Shown here in pieces: positions 9,064 through 19,365 of a DNA stretch of 64,000 nt. Positions within the stretch are counted from its first letter, which is position 1, and the number at the start of each line of letters is the position of its first letter. This DNA comes from an uncultured delta proteobacterium (GTDB taxonomy: Bacteria > Desulfobacterota > RBG-13-43-22), in the NCBI GenBank assembly GCA_963711835.1, contig CAVQFQ010000004.1, forward strand, positions 192,001 to 256,000. The letters are read 5' to 3'. The notes beneath the pieces were generated by a model. The model had not been told where the DNA came from and made no database searches. It saw nothing but the letters and a program-made list of their open reading frames with translations. The position numbers and the translations under genes are program-made.

Positions 9064-9885
9064 ATGCCCGAACTGCCTGAAGTCGAAACCATCGTCCGAA
9101 CCCTGCGCCTCTATCTGATTGGAAAAAAAATCCGTTCCATAGAGGTGATCACCCCTAAAATCATTCGCAGTCCCCTGCCCCTGGCGCTTCGAACCCTTAA
9201 ACAGGCGACCATCATCGATATAAAGAGAATCGGGAAGATGATCCTGATTCTGTTAGACCCCCCTGCATCTCTGGCCGTCCATCTCAAGATGACCGGTCAG
9301 CTCCTGCTTCAGCCGTCTGAGACCCCAGTAGATAAACATACCCATGTCATATGGACCCTGGCCTCCTCCGGAAAGCAATTGCGTTACCGGGATGTCCGCA
9401 AGTTCGGGTTCCTGCTCTGCTCATCCGAGACAGCGCCTTCAGAGATCCCTGTCCTGAAGGACCTTGGGCCGGATCCTTTTGAAATCTCCGCCGCCCAATT
9501 TGCCCGGATCCTTAAACAAAAAAAAAGGGCGCTCAAACCGCTGCTGTTGGATCAGACCGTAATCAGCGGCCTGGGAAATATTTACGTGGATGAATCCTTG
9601 CATCTGGCCGGGATTCACCCCCTAACCAAAGCCGGCACCCTTTCCCCACCGGAGGCGAAAAAGCTCCATCACATCATTCGAAAGGTCCTGCGCCGGGCTA
9701 TTCGGAGCAAAGGATCCACCCTGCGTGATTTTCGCCGACCGGACGGAAAGGCCGGAAGTTATCAGAACCGTCATCAGGTCTATGGACGTGAGGATGAACC
9801 CTGTCTTAGCTGCGGCCGGCCCATTAAAAAAATTCGGGTCGGCGGCCGGGGCACGCATTTCTGCCCCTCCTGTCAAAGGAAGTAA
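9064..9885 (+). CDS. mutM: Formamidopyrimidine-DNA glycosylase (Fpg)
   Basis: MPELPEVE start, HLKMTG, GLGNIYVDE, C-terminal CxxC...CxxCQ zinc finger. Confidence 0.97.
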   Translation: MPELPEVETIVRTLRLYLIGKKIRSIEVITPKIIRSPLPLALRTLKQATIIDIKRIGKMILILLDPPASLAVHLKMTGQLLLQPSETPVDKHTHVIWTLASSGKQLRYRDVRKFGFLLCSSETAPSEIPVLKDLGPDPFEISAAQFARILKQKKRALKPLLLDQTVISGLGNIYVDESLHLAGIHPLTKAGTLSPPEAKKLHHIIRKVLRRAIRSKGSTLRDFRRPDGKAGSYQNRHQVYGREDEPCLSCGRPIKKIRVGGRGTHFCPSCQRK

Positions 9886-9896
9886 TAAGCTTTAAA

Positions 9897-10180
9897 TTCT
9901 TACATCTCTTAGTCCGAGAATTTATCTCTAACTTCCCAAAATTAGGTGTAGGGGGATCCTATTTTTTATGTTGTCCAAAGGGTGACTAAGAGTCCCTAAT
10001 CCGGCCCGAATAACTAAGTTTATTTTATAGCAGGGCATTCACCCCAGCCCATTTCCAGCTTGGGTGTAAGCCTGTCCCGCCAGGCGGGACTCATGGCTTG
10101 GGGGTGGACAATTTAAAAAATAGGATCCCCCTACACCATTTCATCAGGACTTTAAAAAAATTTCAAATATCTTTGGTTAG
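9897..10180. mobile_element. Dispersed IR-cassette element, copy 1 (33-bp IRs at 9945-9977 and 10105-10137)
   Basis: Arms match 31/33; arms, core and flanks are homologous to the copies at 38.3 kb and 58.7 kb. Confidence 0.8.
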
Positions 10181-10187
10181 TTTTTGG

Positions 10188-10215
10188 TTGACGAATCCTT
10201 TCCCGGGGGTATAAG
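10188..10215 (+). promoter_or_regulatory. Putative sigma70 promoter of mdh
   Basis: TTGACG, 16 bp, TATAAG; GGAG Shine-Dalgarno before the ATG at 10273. Confidence 0.5.
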
Positions 10216-10272
10216 TTTTTAAAAAAAGTCACAGGCGAAGTTTAACAATTTTTTTTCGAAGGAGAGTCCGTC

Positions 10273-11208
10273 ATGAAACATAAGATTACCGTAGTCGGTG
10301 CCGGAAATGTAGGAGCCACGGCCGCGCAGCGGGTTGTGGAAAAGGAACTAGCCGATTGTGTCTTGATCGACATTTTGGAAGGGGTGCCCTTCGGCAAGGC
10401 CCTGGACCTGGCGGAAGCCGCCCCCATCGAGAAGCACGATGCCAAACCCATTGGGGCTAATGACTACGAAGCCACCAGGGATTCGGATGTCATTATCGTT
10501 ACGGCCGGCATTCCCCGAAAACCGGGTATGAGCCGGGATGATCTTCTATCCACCAATGCCAAAATCATGAAGGCCGTGGTCAGCCAGGCGGCTAAATACT
10601 CCCCAAAGGCGGTCCTGATCATCGTCAGTAACCCCCTGGATGCCATGTGCCACGTAGCCTATGAAGCCAGCGGCTTTCCCAAGAACCGGGTTCTGGGCAT
10701 GGCCGGGGTCCTGGACTCAGCCCGCTTCCGGACCTTCATCGCCCAGGAACTCAACGTTTCCGTGGAAAACACCCATGCTTTCGTTCTGGGAGGTCACGGC
10801 GACACCATGGTCCCCCTGCCCCGCTATTCCACCGTAGCCGGTATCCCCATTACCGAATTGCTGGATCAGGCCGCCATTGACCGCCTGGTAAAGCGCACCC
10901 GGGACGGCGGGGCCGAGATCGTCGGCCTGCTCAAGACCGGCAGCGCCTTTTACGCTCCGGCCTCCGCGGCCGTTGAAATGGCCGAGGCCATACTGAAGGA
11001 CAAAAAAAAGATCCTGGCCTGCGCCGCCTATCTGACCGGCGAATACGGCATCAACGATTTGTTTATTGGAGTTCCGGTTAAATTGGGACGGGACGGCATC
11101 GAGCAGATCATCCAGATCAAGCTGACCCCCGAGGAAGACGCTGCCCTCAAAAAATCAGCCGAAGCCGTCAAGGGCCTGGTGGAGGCCATGAAAAATTTGG
11201 GAGTCTAA
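10273..11208 (+). CDS. mdh: Malate dehydrogenase (LDH-like MDH)
   Basis: [39 protein letters not shown]. Confidence 0.97.
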   Translation: MKHKITVVGAGNVGATAAQRVVEKELADCVLIDILEGVPFGKALDLAEAAPIEKHDAKPIGANDYEATRDSDVIIVTAGIPRKPGMSRDDLLSTNAKIMKAVVSQAAKYSPKAVLIIVSNPLDAMCHVAYEASGFPKNRVLGMAGVLDSARFRTFIAQELNVSVENTHAFVLGGHGDTMVPLPRYSTVAGIPITELLDQAAIDRLVKRTRDGGAEIVGLLKTGSAFYAPASAAVEMAEAILKDKKKILACAAYLTGEYGINDLFIGVPVKLGRDGIEQIIQIKLTPEEDAALKKSAEAVKGLVEAMKNLGV

Positions 11209-11232
11209 CCCGGAGATTCTTAATCATTCATC

Positions 11233-11338
11233 AGTATCGTTCAAAAGTTTTGGCACTGGCGCATTATTGCCTGACTAGGGGACCGGGGGTCTTCCAATGG
11301 GTATTAGAAATATAATGCCACAACTTTTGAACGATATC
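11233..11338. mobile_element. MITE-like element, 106 bp
   Basis: 21-bp subterminal IRs (11235-11255/11316-11336, 20/21 match) flanked by an 8-bp direct repeat CATTCATC (11225-11232, 11339-11346). Confidence 0.75.
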
Positions 11339-11357
11339 CATTCATCGGGTTATTCCG

Positions 11358-12851
11358 ATGTCCGTTAAAAAAAAGGTTATCCTGGCCCTGGACCAGGGCA
11401 CTTCCAGTTCCAAAGCCTTCCTAATCGACCGGCAGGGCCGGGTAGTAAGCCGCGCCGCACGGGCTTTTCGTCAGATCTATCCCCGACCGGGATGGGTGGA
11501 GCATGACCCGAAGGAGATCTGGAGCAGCCAGATCCGAACCGCCCGCGAAGCCGTCAAACGGGCCGGGGTGCAGGCCGAGCAGATTGCCGCCCTCGGTATT
11601 ACCAACCAGCGCGAAACAACCATCCTCTGGCACCGGGAGACGGGCCGGCCGGTCCATAACGCCATTGTCTGGCAGTGCCGTCGGACCGCTGAGCGCTGCG
11701 AGGAACTGAAAAGCCGGGGTTTTGATCGATTCATTAAAGAACGCACCGGCCTGGTAACGGATGCCTATTTCAGTGCCACCAAGGTCGAGTGGCTTCTCCG
11801 GGAAGTACCCGGCCTGCGCTCCATGGCGGAGCGGGGAGAAATCCTTTTCGGCACGGTGGACTCCTGGCTGATCTACAACCTCACCGGGGGCAAACGGCAT
11901 GTCACCGATTATTCCAACGCCTCCCGGACCCTGCTGTTTGACATCCACCGTCGTCAGTGGGATGAGGACCTTCTGAAAGAATTCAGGATCCCGCCGGCCA
12001 TGCTGCCGGCCGTTATCGAATCCAGCCAAGTGGCCGGAGAAACTACCCCCGGCCTGTTCGGTTGTCCCCTGCCCATAGCCGGAGTGGCCGGCGATCAGCA
12101 GGCGGCCCTCTTCGGACAGACCGGCTTCCGGCCCGGGCAGGCTAAAAATACCTACGGCACCGGCTGCTTTATGCTGCTCAATACCGGAGGCCGGGCCGTT
12201 CCTTCCAAAGACCTGCTGACTACCATTGCCTGGGTACTGAATGGCAAGGCCGTCTATGCCCTGGAGGGCAGTGTTTTTATTGCCGGAGCGGCCATCCAGT
12301 GGCTGCGGGACGGCCTGGGACTTATGGCCAAAGCCGCTGACAGTGAAGCCCTGGCCGCCTCGGTCCCTGATTCGGGAGGGGTCTACTTCGTGCCGGCATT
12401 TGTCGGATTGGGGGCCCCCTACTGGGATCCCTATGCCCGGGGCACGATTGTGGGTCTGACCCGTGGCTCCCATCGGGCGCATCTGGTCCGGGCTGCCCTC
12501 GAAGCCATTGCCTACCAGACCCGGGACGTGATCGAAGCTATGAAACGGGATTCGGGAATAGCCTTGCGGGTCTTAGGAGTGGACGGCGGCGGCGCGGCCA
12601 ATAACTTCCTCTGCCAATTCCAGTCGGACCTGCTCGGTTGCCCGGTTGAAAGGCCTGCCGTTGCCGAGACGACGGCCCTCGGAGCGGCCTATCTGGCCGG
12701 TTTGGCGGTGGGATTCTGGGGCGGCCTGGCCGAGATTGCCCGGAATCATCGGGTGGGAAAACGGTTTAGGCCGGTTATGCCGGCCTTTAAGAAAGAGCAA
12801 CTCTGCCAGGGCTGGTCCCGGGCCGTGGAACAGGCCCGCTCCCGCTACTAA
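11358..12851 (+). CDS. glpK: Glycerol kinase
   Basis: [43 protein letters not shown]. Confidence 0.97.
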   Translation: MSVKKKVILALDQGTSSSKAFLIDRQGRVVSRAARAFRQIYPRPGWVEHDPKEIWSSQIRTAREAVKRAGVQAEQIAALGITNQRETTILWHRETGRPVHNAIVWQCRRTAERCEELKSRGFDRFIKERTGLVTDAYFSATKVEWLLREVPGLRSMAERGEILFGTVDSWLIYNLTGGKRHVTDYSNASRTLLFDIHRRQWDEDLLKEFRIPPAMLPAVIESSQVAGETTPGLFGCPLPIAGVAGDQQAALFGQTGFRPGQAKNTYGTGCFMLLNTGGRAVPSKDLLTTIAWVLNGKAVYALEGSVFIAGAAIQWLRDGLGLMAKAADSEALAASVPDSGGVYFVPAFVGLGAPYWDPYARGTIVGLTRGSHRAHLVRAALEAIAYQTRDVIEAMKRDSGIALRVLGVDGGGAANNFLCQFQSDLLGCPVERPAVAETTALGAAYLAGLAVGFWGGLAEIARNHRVGKRFRPVMPAFKKEQLCQGWSRAVEQARSRY

Positions 12852-12944
12852 TAAGTGCAAAATAGTAAAGATTCATTTCTTGGTTGCCAGGAGGCTTTTT
12901 CTGGAGACCTTGGCGGGAGGGGGCCGTTTTTTCCCAAATAACCC

Positions 12945-14516
12945 ATGCCGAAAACCAAACCTATCGAGCTCAACCAACAATTCCAGCGAGCCCTGGCCTT
13001 GATGGAGAACACGAACCATCATCTCTTTCTTACCGGCAAGGCCGGCACAGGCAAATCAACCCTGTTGGAGCATTTTCGGGCCATTACCCGCAAGCGCCTG
13101 GCCGTCCTGGCTCCCACCGGGGTGGCCGCCCTCAATGTTCATGGCCAAACCATCCATTCCTTTTGCGGTTTTCGGCCCGATATCTCCCTGGACAAGGTCA
13201 AGAAAATCCGGAATAAAGAGAGCATCCGGGCTCTGCTTTACAAGGAGCTGGACACGGTCATCATCGACGAGATCTCCATGGTCCGGGCCGACCTCCTGGA
13301 CTGTGTGGAAAAATTCCTGCGCCTCAACGGCCCTCAATCGAAGAAGCAGTTCGGAGGGATCCAGATGATTTTTATCGGCGATCTCTACCAGCTTCCTCCG
13401 GTAGTCCCCTCGGGGGAGAAAGATATTTTCAAGGTTCAATATGAAACGCCTTATTTTTTTTCGGCTCATATTTTTAATGATCCGCAATTCGATATGGAGT
13501 TCATCGAGCTCGAAAAAATTTACCGTCAGACCGACGAGAATTTTATCGGGCTGCTCAATGCCATCCGGAACCGCTCCATTACGGATGCGGATCTGTCCCT
13601 TCTGAACCAAAAATATGACCCTGAATTTAACCCGCCCGAAGAAGAATTCTATATCCACCTGACCAGCACCAATGACCAAGCCTACCGGCGAAACCGGGAA
13701 AAACTGGCTCGGCTTCCCGGGAAGACTCAGGCCTACCAGTGCCTCATCAAGGGAGACTTTGACCAATCCGCCTTTCCAACCGATAGGGTACTGGAATTGA
13801 AACCAGGGGCCCAGGTTATGCTCCTGAACAACGACGCCCTGGGCCGCTGGGTCAACGGTTCCATCGGCAAGGTGGCCAAAATCATCCGGCGGGCAGGGGA
13901 AGAGGATGTCATCCGGGTGGATCTGTCCCGTCACCGCGGCCTCGAGATCACGCCTTATATCTGGAAGATCTTTAAATATGCCTATGATGAACAGGCCCGG
14001 AAAATCACCTCCGAACCGGTGGGCTCCTTCACCCAATATCCCCTCAAGCTGGCCTGGGCCATCACCATCCATAAGAGTCAGGGCAAGACTTTCGACAAGG
14101 TGGTCCTTGATATCGGGCGGGGAACCTTTGCCCACGGCCAGGTCTATGTGGGGCTGAGCCGCTGTACCCGTCTGGAAGGCCTGGTTCTGCGCAAACCCAT
14201 CCAACGGCATCACATCCTGATGGATTATCAGGTGGTCAACTTCCTGACCCGTTTTCAGTATAAAAAGGCCCAGGAAAAATTTTCCTATAAGGATAAAGTC
14301 AGGATGATCGATGAAGCCATCGCCGCCGGCCGCCGGCTTGAGATCGCTTATCTCAAACCCGATGACACCAAGTCCCGCCGCTGTATTGAGCCTCAAGCCA
14401 TAGAGATGCTGGAGTACCGGGGAAAACGATTTGAAGGCCTGCGCGCCTTCTGCCTGGAGCGCCGCGAGCTCCGTCACTTCCGCATCGACCGGATGCTTGA
14501 GGTCAAGCTGGTCTGA
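12945..14516 (+). CDS. Pif1-family SF1B helicase with C-terminal WYL domain
   Basis: GKAGTGKS, APTGVAA, DEISM, GDLYQLPP, TIHKSQG, YVGLSR; C-terminal LEIAY..RCIEP..AFCLERRELRHFRIDRM matches the WYL pattern. Confidence 0.88.
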   Translation: MPKTKPIELNQQFQRALALMENTNHHLFLTGKAGTGKSTLLEHFRAITRKRLAVLAPTGVAALNVHGQTIHSFCGFRPDISLDKVKKIRNKESIRALLYKELDTVIIDEISMVRADLLDCVEKFLRLNGPQSKKQFGGIQMIFIGDLYQLPPVVPSGEKDIFKVQYETPYFFSAHIFNDPQFDMEFIELEKIYRQTDENFIGLLNAIRNRSITDADLSLLNQKYDPEFNPPEEEFYIHLTSTNDQAYRRNREKLARLPGKTQAYQCLIKGDFDQSAFPTDRVLELKPGAQVMLLNNDALGRWVNGSIGKVAKIIRRAGEEDVIRVDLSRHRGLEITPYIWKIFKYAYDEQARKITSEPVGSFTQYPLKLAWAITIHKSQGKTFDKVVLDIGRGTFAHGQVYVGLSRCTRLEGLVLRKPIQRHHILMDYQVVNFLTRFQYKKAQEKFSYKDKVRMIDEAIAAGRRLEIAYLKPDDTKSRRCIEPQAIEMLEYRGKRFEGLRAFCLERRELRHFRIDRMLEVKLV

Positions 14517-14683
14517 CTCCTTATTTTTTGGGACAAACTCTATTTTTATCAGCGCTTATTCCAATGGTGCCTGATGGACGGTTTTGATTTTAATAGACAT
14601 CGATGTTGGAAAGGTTTCGGAAGTTGCAGATTTGAGGCAGCCAGGGAAAAGGGCTTGCCTTTTCCTTTTTAATCTTATAAACA

Positions 14684-15442
14684 GTGGCCATGGAAGGTGT
14701 AAAAGCCATTGGCTTTGATCTTTTCAACACCCTGATCACGGCCGACCCCGCAGCCTTGCGTGAGGCCATCAGCCGTCTAATCCGCAGCTTTGGCGAGAGC
14801 GGCCTGGACCTGGATCCAGAGGCCTTTAAAAAGCCCTACCGGGAAGCAGCCATACGGTTTATCACGGAAGCCAGAGCCGAGGGCCGGGAGACCCATAACC
14901 GCTTCTGGATCAGCGCCGCCTTGACTTCACTGGGCCATGAGATCAAACCTGAAGATCCCCGTATCGCCAGGGCCGTGGAGGCCTATTTTTCAGCCTTCTT
15001 CGATTACTGCCATCTTATCCCGGGAACGAAGGAAATGCTGGCAGAGCTCCAGGGGTATTTCCGTCTGGGATTGCTCTCCAACTTCACCCATGCCCCGGCA
15101 GCCAAAGGGCTGGTCGAATATTTGGGGCTGGCCCCCTATTTCGACACGATACTCATATCGGGGGAAATTGGTTATCGAAAACCCCACGCGCTTGTTTTTG
15201 AACTCCTGGTGAAAAAACTCGGACTTGAAAAATCAGCCGTCATTTATATAGGCGATGACCCTGAACCCGACATCCTCGGGGCACAGGGGGCCGGAATAAG
15301 GCCGGTTTGGATGACGTATCTGCGCGATCACAACCTGCCCGTTATGCCCAGCACCGTTACCGGTCATGAGGGCATGGTCGATGACGATATCCCCCGAATC
15401 TCGGAATGGAATGACCTTTTTACCCTTCTAAGGATCAGGTAA
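14684..15442 (+). CDS. HAD-superfamily hydrolase
   Basis: FDLFNTL motif I, LSN, RKP, IGDDPEPDI. Confidence 0.9.
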   Translation: MAMEGVKAIGFDLFNTLITADPAALREAISRLIRSFGESGLDLDPEAFKKPYREAAIRFITEARAEGRETHNRFWISAALTSLGHEIKPEDPRIARAVEAYFSAFFDYCHLIPGTKEMLAELQGYFRLGLLSNFTHAPAAKGLVEYLGLAPYFDTILISGEIGYRKPHALVFELLVKKLGLEKSAVIYIGDDPEPDILGAQGAGIRPVWMTYLRDHNLPVMPSTVTGHEGMVDDDIPRISEWNDLFTLLRIR

Positions 15443-15450
15443 TTACCCTC

Positions 15451-16710
15451 TTAGGAAAAGGTTTGTTTTGGTACGCAAAGACTGGCGTTTAACAAGAGGT
15501 GAACTCTGGCCTGAGGACCTTTAATAGCCAGGGCCTGGTTTACAGCTTCCTGAAGGTCAGGCATAGGTTTAATAAAGGTTTGGGAGAGGAAATCGGAATC
15601 CAGATCGGTAATCCCCCAGATCCGGCCGCCGTTATGGATGAACCTTACATTGCGGAGAATACGGTGAAAACCCAGTTGGTAGGCCTGGTAAAGCATGGTC
15701 CTGGCCTGGGCCGGATCGCCGGCCTGGATCAGCAAATCCTGAAATTCCTTTGGCCCCGGACCCTGGGGGCATTGCATGACCAGAATCAGGATCCCGTCCT
15801 CCTTCAAGGCCATCTTGCCGTGCTCAATCGGTTTCTGAGATTGGTAGAAATCAATGTCCATGGGTGGCTGGGCCACGCTGATCAAAATATCGGCCTTCTC
15901 CTTAAAAGGGACGGTAAAGTGTTCGTCGGCCTTCTCAGCCGCCCGGACCAGCGTTTCTTTGATGGAGCCGGCATAGGCGGCAACTAACCGGTGGGCCGGT
16001 GTCAGAACCAGCATCAGCGAAAAAATGGGCGGCCGGAGCAGCAATCCCAGGGCCTCTTCCTGGTCTTCATGCACCGGGTTGCCGGACAAGGCCAGGGGTT
16101 GGGCGCCCGCTTCCATGGCCAGGGAATGATTGGCGACGATCGAAGAATACCCGGCCACGCCGGGGAGGAGGGCCTTCCGGCCCCCGGTATATCCGGCGAA
16201 ATAATGGGGTTCCACCGACCCGATAACCAGGAGACGGTCGGCCATCATAATCGCCTGGTTGATCAGGACCCGGGTGCCGCGGGAGGTCTCGCCTAAAAAT
16301 ACCATGCTCCCCTCCTGGCGGCAGTCGTGAAACCGAACCCGGTCTTTGATTCTTTCCCAGAGGCTGCCGAAAATCTTTCGGCAGCCTGCTTCCCCCGGGG
16401 GCCGATGGACCCCTCCGGCTACCAGGACCTGAAAATTATGAGACCGGATTTCCGGCCAGAGAAATTCCAGGATCCTTCCGCTCGGGGTGGGCCGGGTCTC
16501 ATCATTGACCAGGATAAGTAGAAAACGGCTTCCTCTTAGAAATTCCTGCAGGCCGGGGCTGTCCAACGGGTTTTGCAGGGCCTGATCCAACCCTTTTTCC
16601 CAGGAGATCTCTTCACCCTCATTGGGAGATAAGCTTTCTCCCCAGTTGGTCTCAGGTATCTCAAGGGGCACACTGACGTTGCCGTAGGGAACGCGCAGGG
16701 ACTTCATCAA
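15451..16710 (-). CDS. LarA-family nickel-pincer racemase/epimerase
   Basis: NDETRPTP, GVHR, EPHYFAGYTGGRK, NH, YQSQK motifs of the LarA superfamily. Confidence 0.85.
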   Translation of the reverse strand: MMKSLRVPYGNVSVPLEIPETNWGESLSPNEGEEISWEKGLDQALQNPLDSPGLQEFLRGSRFLLILVNDETRPTPSGRILEFLWPEIRSHNFQVLVAGGVHRPPGEAGCRKIFGSLWERIKDRVRFHDCRQEGSMVFLGETSRGTRVLINQAIMMADRLLVIGSVEPHYFAGYTGGRKALLPGVAGYSSIVANHSLAMEAGAQPLALSGNPVHEDQEEALGLLLRPPIFSLMLVLTPAHRLVAAYAGSIKETLVRAAEKADEHFTVPFKEKADILISVAQPPMDIDFYQSQKPIEHGKMALKEDGILILVMQCPQGPGPKEFQDLLIQAGDPAQARTMLYQAYQLGFHRILRNVRFIHNGGRIWGITDLDSDFLSQTFIKPMPDLQEAVNQALAIKGPQARVHLLLNASLCVPKQTFS

Positions 16711-16727
16711 AACATCGGCCTATGGGT

Positions 16728-17057
16728 TCAGGCGGCCCTTCGGGTCTTTTTCTTCAACCGGCCGATGCGGCGTCTTAAGCGATCGGTCATTTTAGGGTCC
16801 TTTTTCTCACCGGCCTCCAGTTTTTTAGCCCGCAACTCGTTAATCTTCTCTTTTAATTCCCTCATGGAACGGTCGCCTTTCTTAGCCGGTTTTTCCACCA
16901 GGCCGCGGGCCTTCCTGATGGCGGCCAGGACTTCTTCCTTGTTCATGCCGTGGACGCCCGAGATCTCCGGAATCGTTAAGGCCACCTCCCGTAATTCTTT
17001 GGCGGTCATTTTTTCCAACGGTTTTTCTTTCTTATCGGCCTTCTCTTTCTTACCCAT
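16728..17057 (-). CDS. Small basic protein with Rho N-terminal-like domain
   Basis: LEKMTAKELREVA...HGMNKEEVLAAI resembles Rho_N; Lys/Arg-rich coiled tail. Confidence 0.7.
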   Translation of the reverse strand: MGKKEKADKKEKPLEKMTAKELREVALTIPEISGVHGMNKEEVLAAIRKARGLVEKPAKKGDRSMRELKEKINELRAKKLEAGEKKDPKMTDRLRRRIGRLKKKTRRAA

Positions 17058-17071
17058 ACCTTTTCTCTCCT

Positions 17072-17836
17072 TTAGGCTTTTTTCGATTCAATCGCTTCGG
17101 CGAGTTTCATAAATGGTTTAAATAAATCAATCGGGATCGGGAAGAGGGTGGTGGAATTATTCTCCGAAGCCACTTCCCGTAAGGTCTGGAGATAGCGAAG
17201 TTGAAGGGCAACAGGATGAGCCTCAATGATGGCCGCGGCATCGGCCATTCGGGAAGCGGCCTGGAATTCCCCTTCGGCGTTGATGACCTTGGCCCTTCGT
17301 TCCCGCTCGGCCTCGGCTTGCTTGGCCATGGCCCGTTGCATCTCCTGGGGCAAATCGATCTGTTTAACTTCTACGACAGACACTTTAATTCCCCAAGGGT
17401 CGGTATGCATATCCAAAATCTCCTGGATCTCCGTATTGACCTTTTCCCGCTCCGAAAGGATCTTATCCAGTTCAGCCTGGCCGCAGACGCTTCGCAGGGT
17501 GGTCTGGGCCAATTGGGAGGTGGCATAAAGATATTGCTGAACTTCGATTGTGGCTTTTACGGCGTCCATGACTCGAAAGTAAACCACGGCATTCACCTTG
17601 ACCGAGACATTATCGCGCGTAATGACATCCTGAGCCGGAACATCCATGGTCACCGTCCGCAAATCCACTTTAATCATTTTATCAATAATGGGAATCAGGA
17701 TAATCAACCCCGGTCCTTTAGCCCCCAACACCCGTCCCAGGCGAAAAATTACTCCTCGTTCATATTCGTTTAAGATACGTATGGCACTGCTTAAGAAAAA
17801 AATCCCCAACACGATGATGATGGCTAAGGTATACAT
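17072..17836 (-). CDS. SPFH/stomatin-like (slipin) protein
   Basis: [39 protein letters not shown]. Confidence 0.95.
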   Translation of the reverse strand: MYTLAIIIVLGIFFLSSAIRILNEYERGVIFRLGRVLGAKGPGLIILIPIIDKMIKVDLRTVTMDVPAQDVITRDNVSVKVNAVVYFRVMDAVKATIEVQQYLYATSQLAQTTLRSVCGQAELDKILSEREKVNTEIQEILDMHTDPWGIKVSVVEVKQIDLPQEMQRAMAKQAEAERERRAKVINAEGEFQAASRMADAAAIIEAHPVALQLRYLQTLREVASENNSTTLFPIPIDLFKPFMKLAEAIESKKA

Positions 17837-17946
17837 AACACGCTCCTTTTTTCCGCCCAAAACGCAGTCGGCTGCCGGGCCCCCCTTTTAAAAAAGGGAT
17901 TTAACAGGGTTAATGGTTCCGGGGAAACCGCTCCCTAAACCACCAT

Positions 17947-19365
17947 TTAAACCTCGGACTTTTTCCGGACCTTCAAGAGAAGCCGTTCAATACCCGAAAC
18001 CTGGATGACCTCCCCAGGTTCGATGACCTCATCAGACTGGGCATTCCAGATCTCGCCATGGACAAAGACCTTTCCCGGCTGGGCCGGGGTGATCCGGTTT
18101 TTAACCCTTCCCAATTCGCCGATGAGGCCTTCATCCCCGGTTTGAGGCTTCCTGAAATAGGCCTGGACGGCCATGGAAATGATCAGAATGAAAAATCCTG
18201 AAATAAGCACAATAGAAGGGATCATGACCTGGTAGGAAACCCCCGCCTGACCCTCCCCTGTTTTGAAGAGCATCAAAGAACCCAGAGTTAAGGCGACAAT
18301 GCCGGCCACGGTCAGGAGACCGTGACTGATAATCTTGATCTCGGCGATAAAAAAAATAATCGCCAGAATAATCAACAGAATCCCGGCATAATTGACCGGC
18401 AGGGTCTGCAAGGCAAAAAAGGCCAGGATGATAGAGATCCCGCCGATCACCCCCGGAAAAATGCCTCCGGGATGAATCAGTTCGAAAAAGATCCCCATCA
18501 TCCCCAGCATCATCAGGCCATAGGCGATGTTGGGGTCGCCAATGGTGCGAAGGATCCGGTCCCTGAAATTCTCCTTCAGATAAACCAGCGGCAGGCCCTG
18601 GGTCTGAATTACCTTGGGGTATTTGGAGGTCGTTACCTGCCGGCCGTCGAGTTTCTGCAGCATCTCCGGCAGATCCTTGGCCATCAAATCAATGACCTGG
18701 AGTTCCAGGGCCTTCTCGGCCGTTATGGATTCACTCTTTAGAACCGCACTTTCAAACCAGTCGGCATTGCGCTTTCGTTGTTCGGCGATGCTCCGGACAT
18801 AGGCCACCATGTCCTTTTCCACCTTCTGAGCCATGGTCTTGTCGATGTCTTTGCCGCCGATCTGCACCGGATGGGCCGCCCCGATATTGGTCCCCGGGGC
18901 CATAACCGCCACATCCGCGGCCAATACGATCACCACACCGGCTGAAGCCGCCCTGGCCCCGCTGGGGGAAACAAAAACGATGACCGGGAGCTGGGCGTTC
19001 AAGAGACTTTGGACTATGGAGCGCATGGAGGTATCGAGGCCTCCGGGGGTATCGAGTTCTATCACCAGGGCGGCGGCTTTATCCCGCTCCGCCTTGGCCA
19101 GACTCCGGCCTACGAATTCAGCCACCTGGGGATTGATGGAACCGGCAATAGAGAGAACATAGATGGCGGGTTTGTCGGCAGCCCAGGCTTTAACACCGGG
19201 GGAACAAAAGGCAAATAAAAAAATCAGGCCCGAGAGGAAAGCCATGGAAAACCTACAGGCAAACGAGGCCTGATGAACAAGGCCGGATGAACCGAACCTG
19301 CTCTCCGTCGAACGCTGATTGCCGGTGGCTGACTGCAGCCGGCTATTTTTACGCTGTTGGTTCAT
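17947..19365 (-). CDS. nfeD: NfeD-family membrane-bound serine protease (start uncertain)
   Basis: LDTPGGL, AASAG, IGAAHPV, C-terminal VHGEIW OB domain; paired with stomatin. Confidence 0.92.
   Translation of the reverse strand: MNQQRKNSRLQSATGNQRSTESRFGSSGLVHQASFACRFSMAFLSGLIFLFAFCSPGVKAWAADKPAIYVLSIAGSINPQVAEFVGRSLAKAERDKAAALVIELDTPGGLDTSMRSIVQSLLNAQLPVIVFVSPSGARAASAGVVIVLAADVAVMAPGTNIGAAHPVQIGGKDIDKTMAQKVEKDMVAYVRSIAEQRKRNADWFESAVLKSESITAEKALELQVIDLMAKDLPEMLQKLDGRQVTTSKYPKVIQTQGLPLVYLKENFRDRILRTIGDPNIAYGLMMLGMMGIFFELIHPGGIFPGVIGGISIILAFFALQTLPVNYAGILLIILAIIFFIAEIKIISHGLLTVAGIVALTLGSLMLFKTGEGQAGVSYQVMIPSIVLISGFFILIISMAVQAYFRKPQTGDEGLIGELGRVKNRITPAQPGKVFVHGEIWNAQSDEVIEPGEVIQVSGIERLLLKVRKKSEV

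Noticed and set aside
9945-10137. Retron msr-msd or DGR template interpretation of the IR cassette
   Set aside because: There is no reverse transcriptase nearby and no adenine-specific variable repeat in a gene.
11421-14477. Long antisense ORFs (11421-12482, 13056-14477; also 38924-39754, 61884-62942)
   Set aside because: These are shadow frames opposite well-supported genes in GC-rich DNA, with no recognisable motifs.
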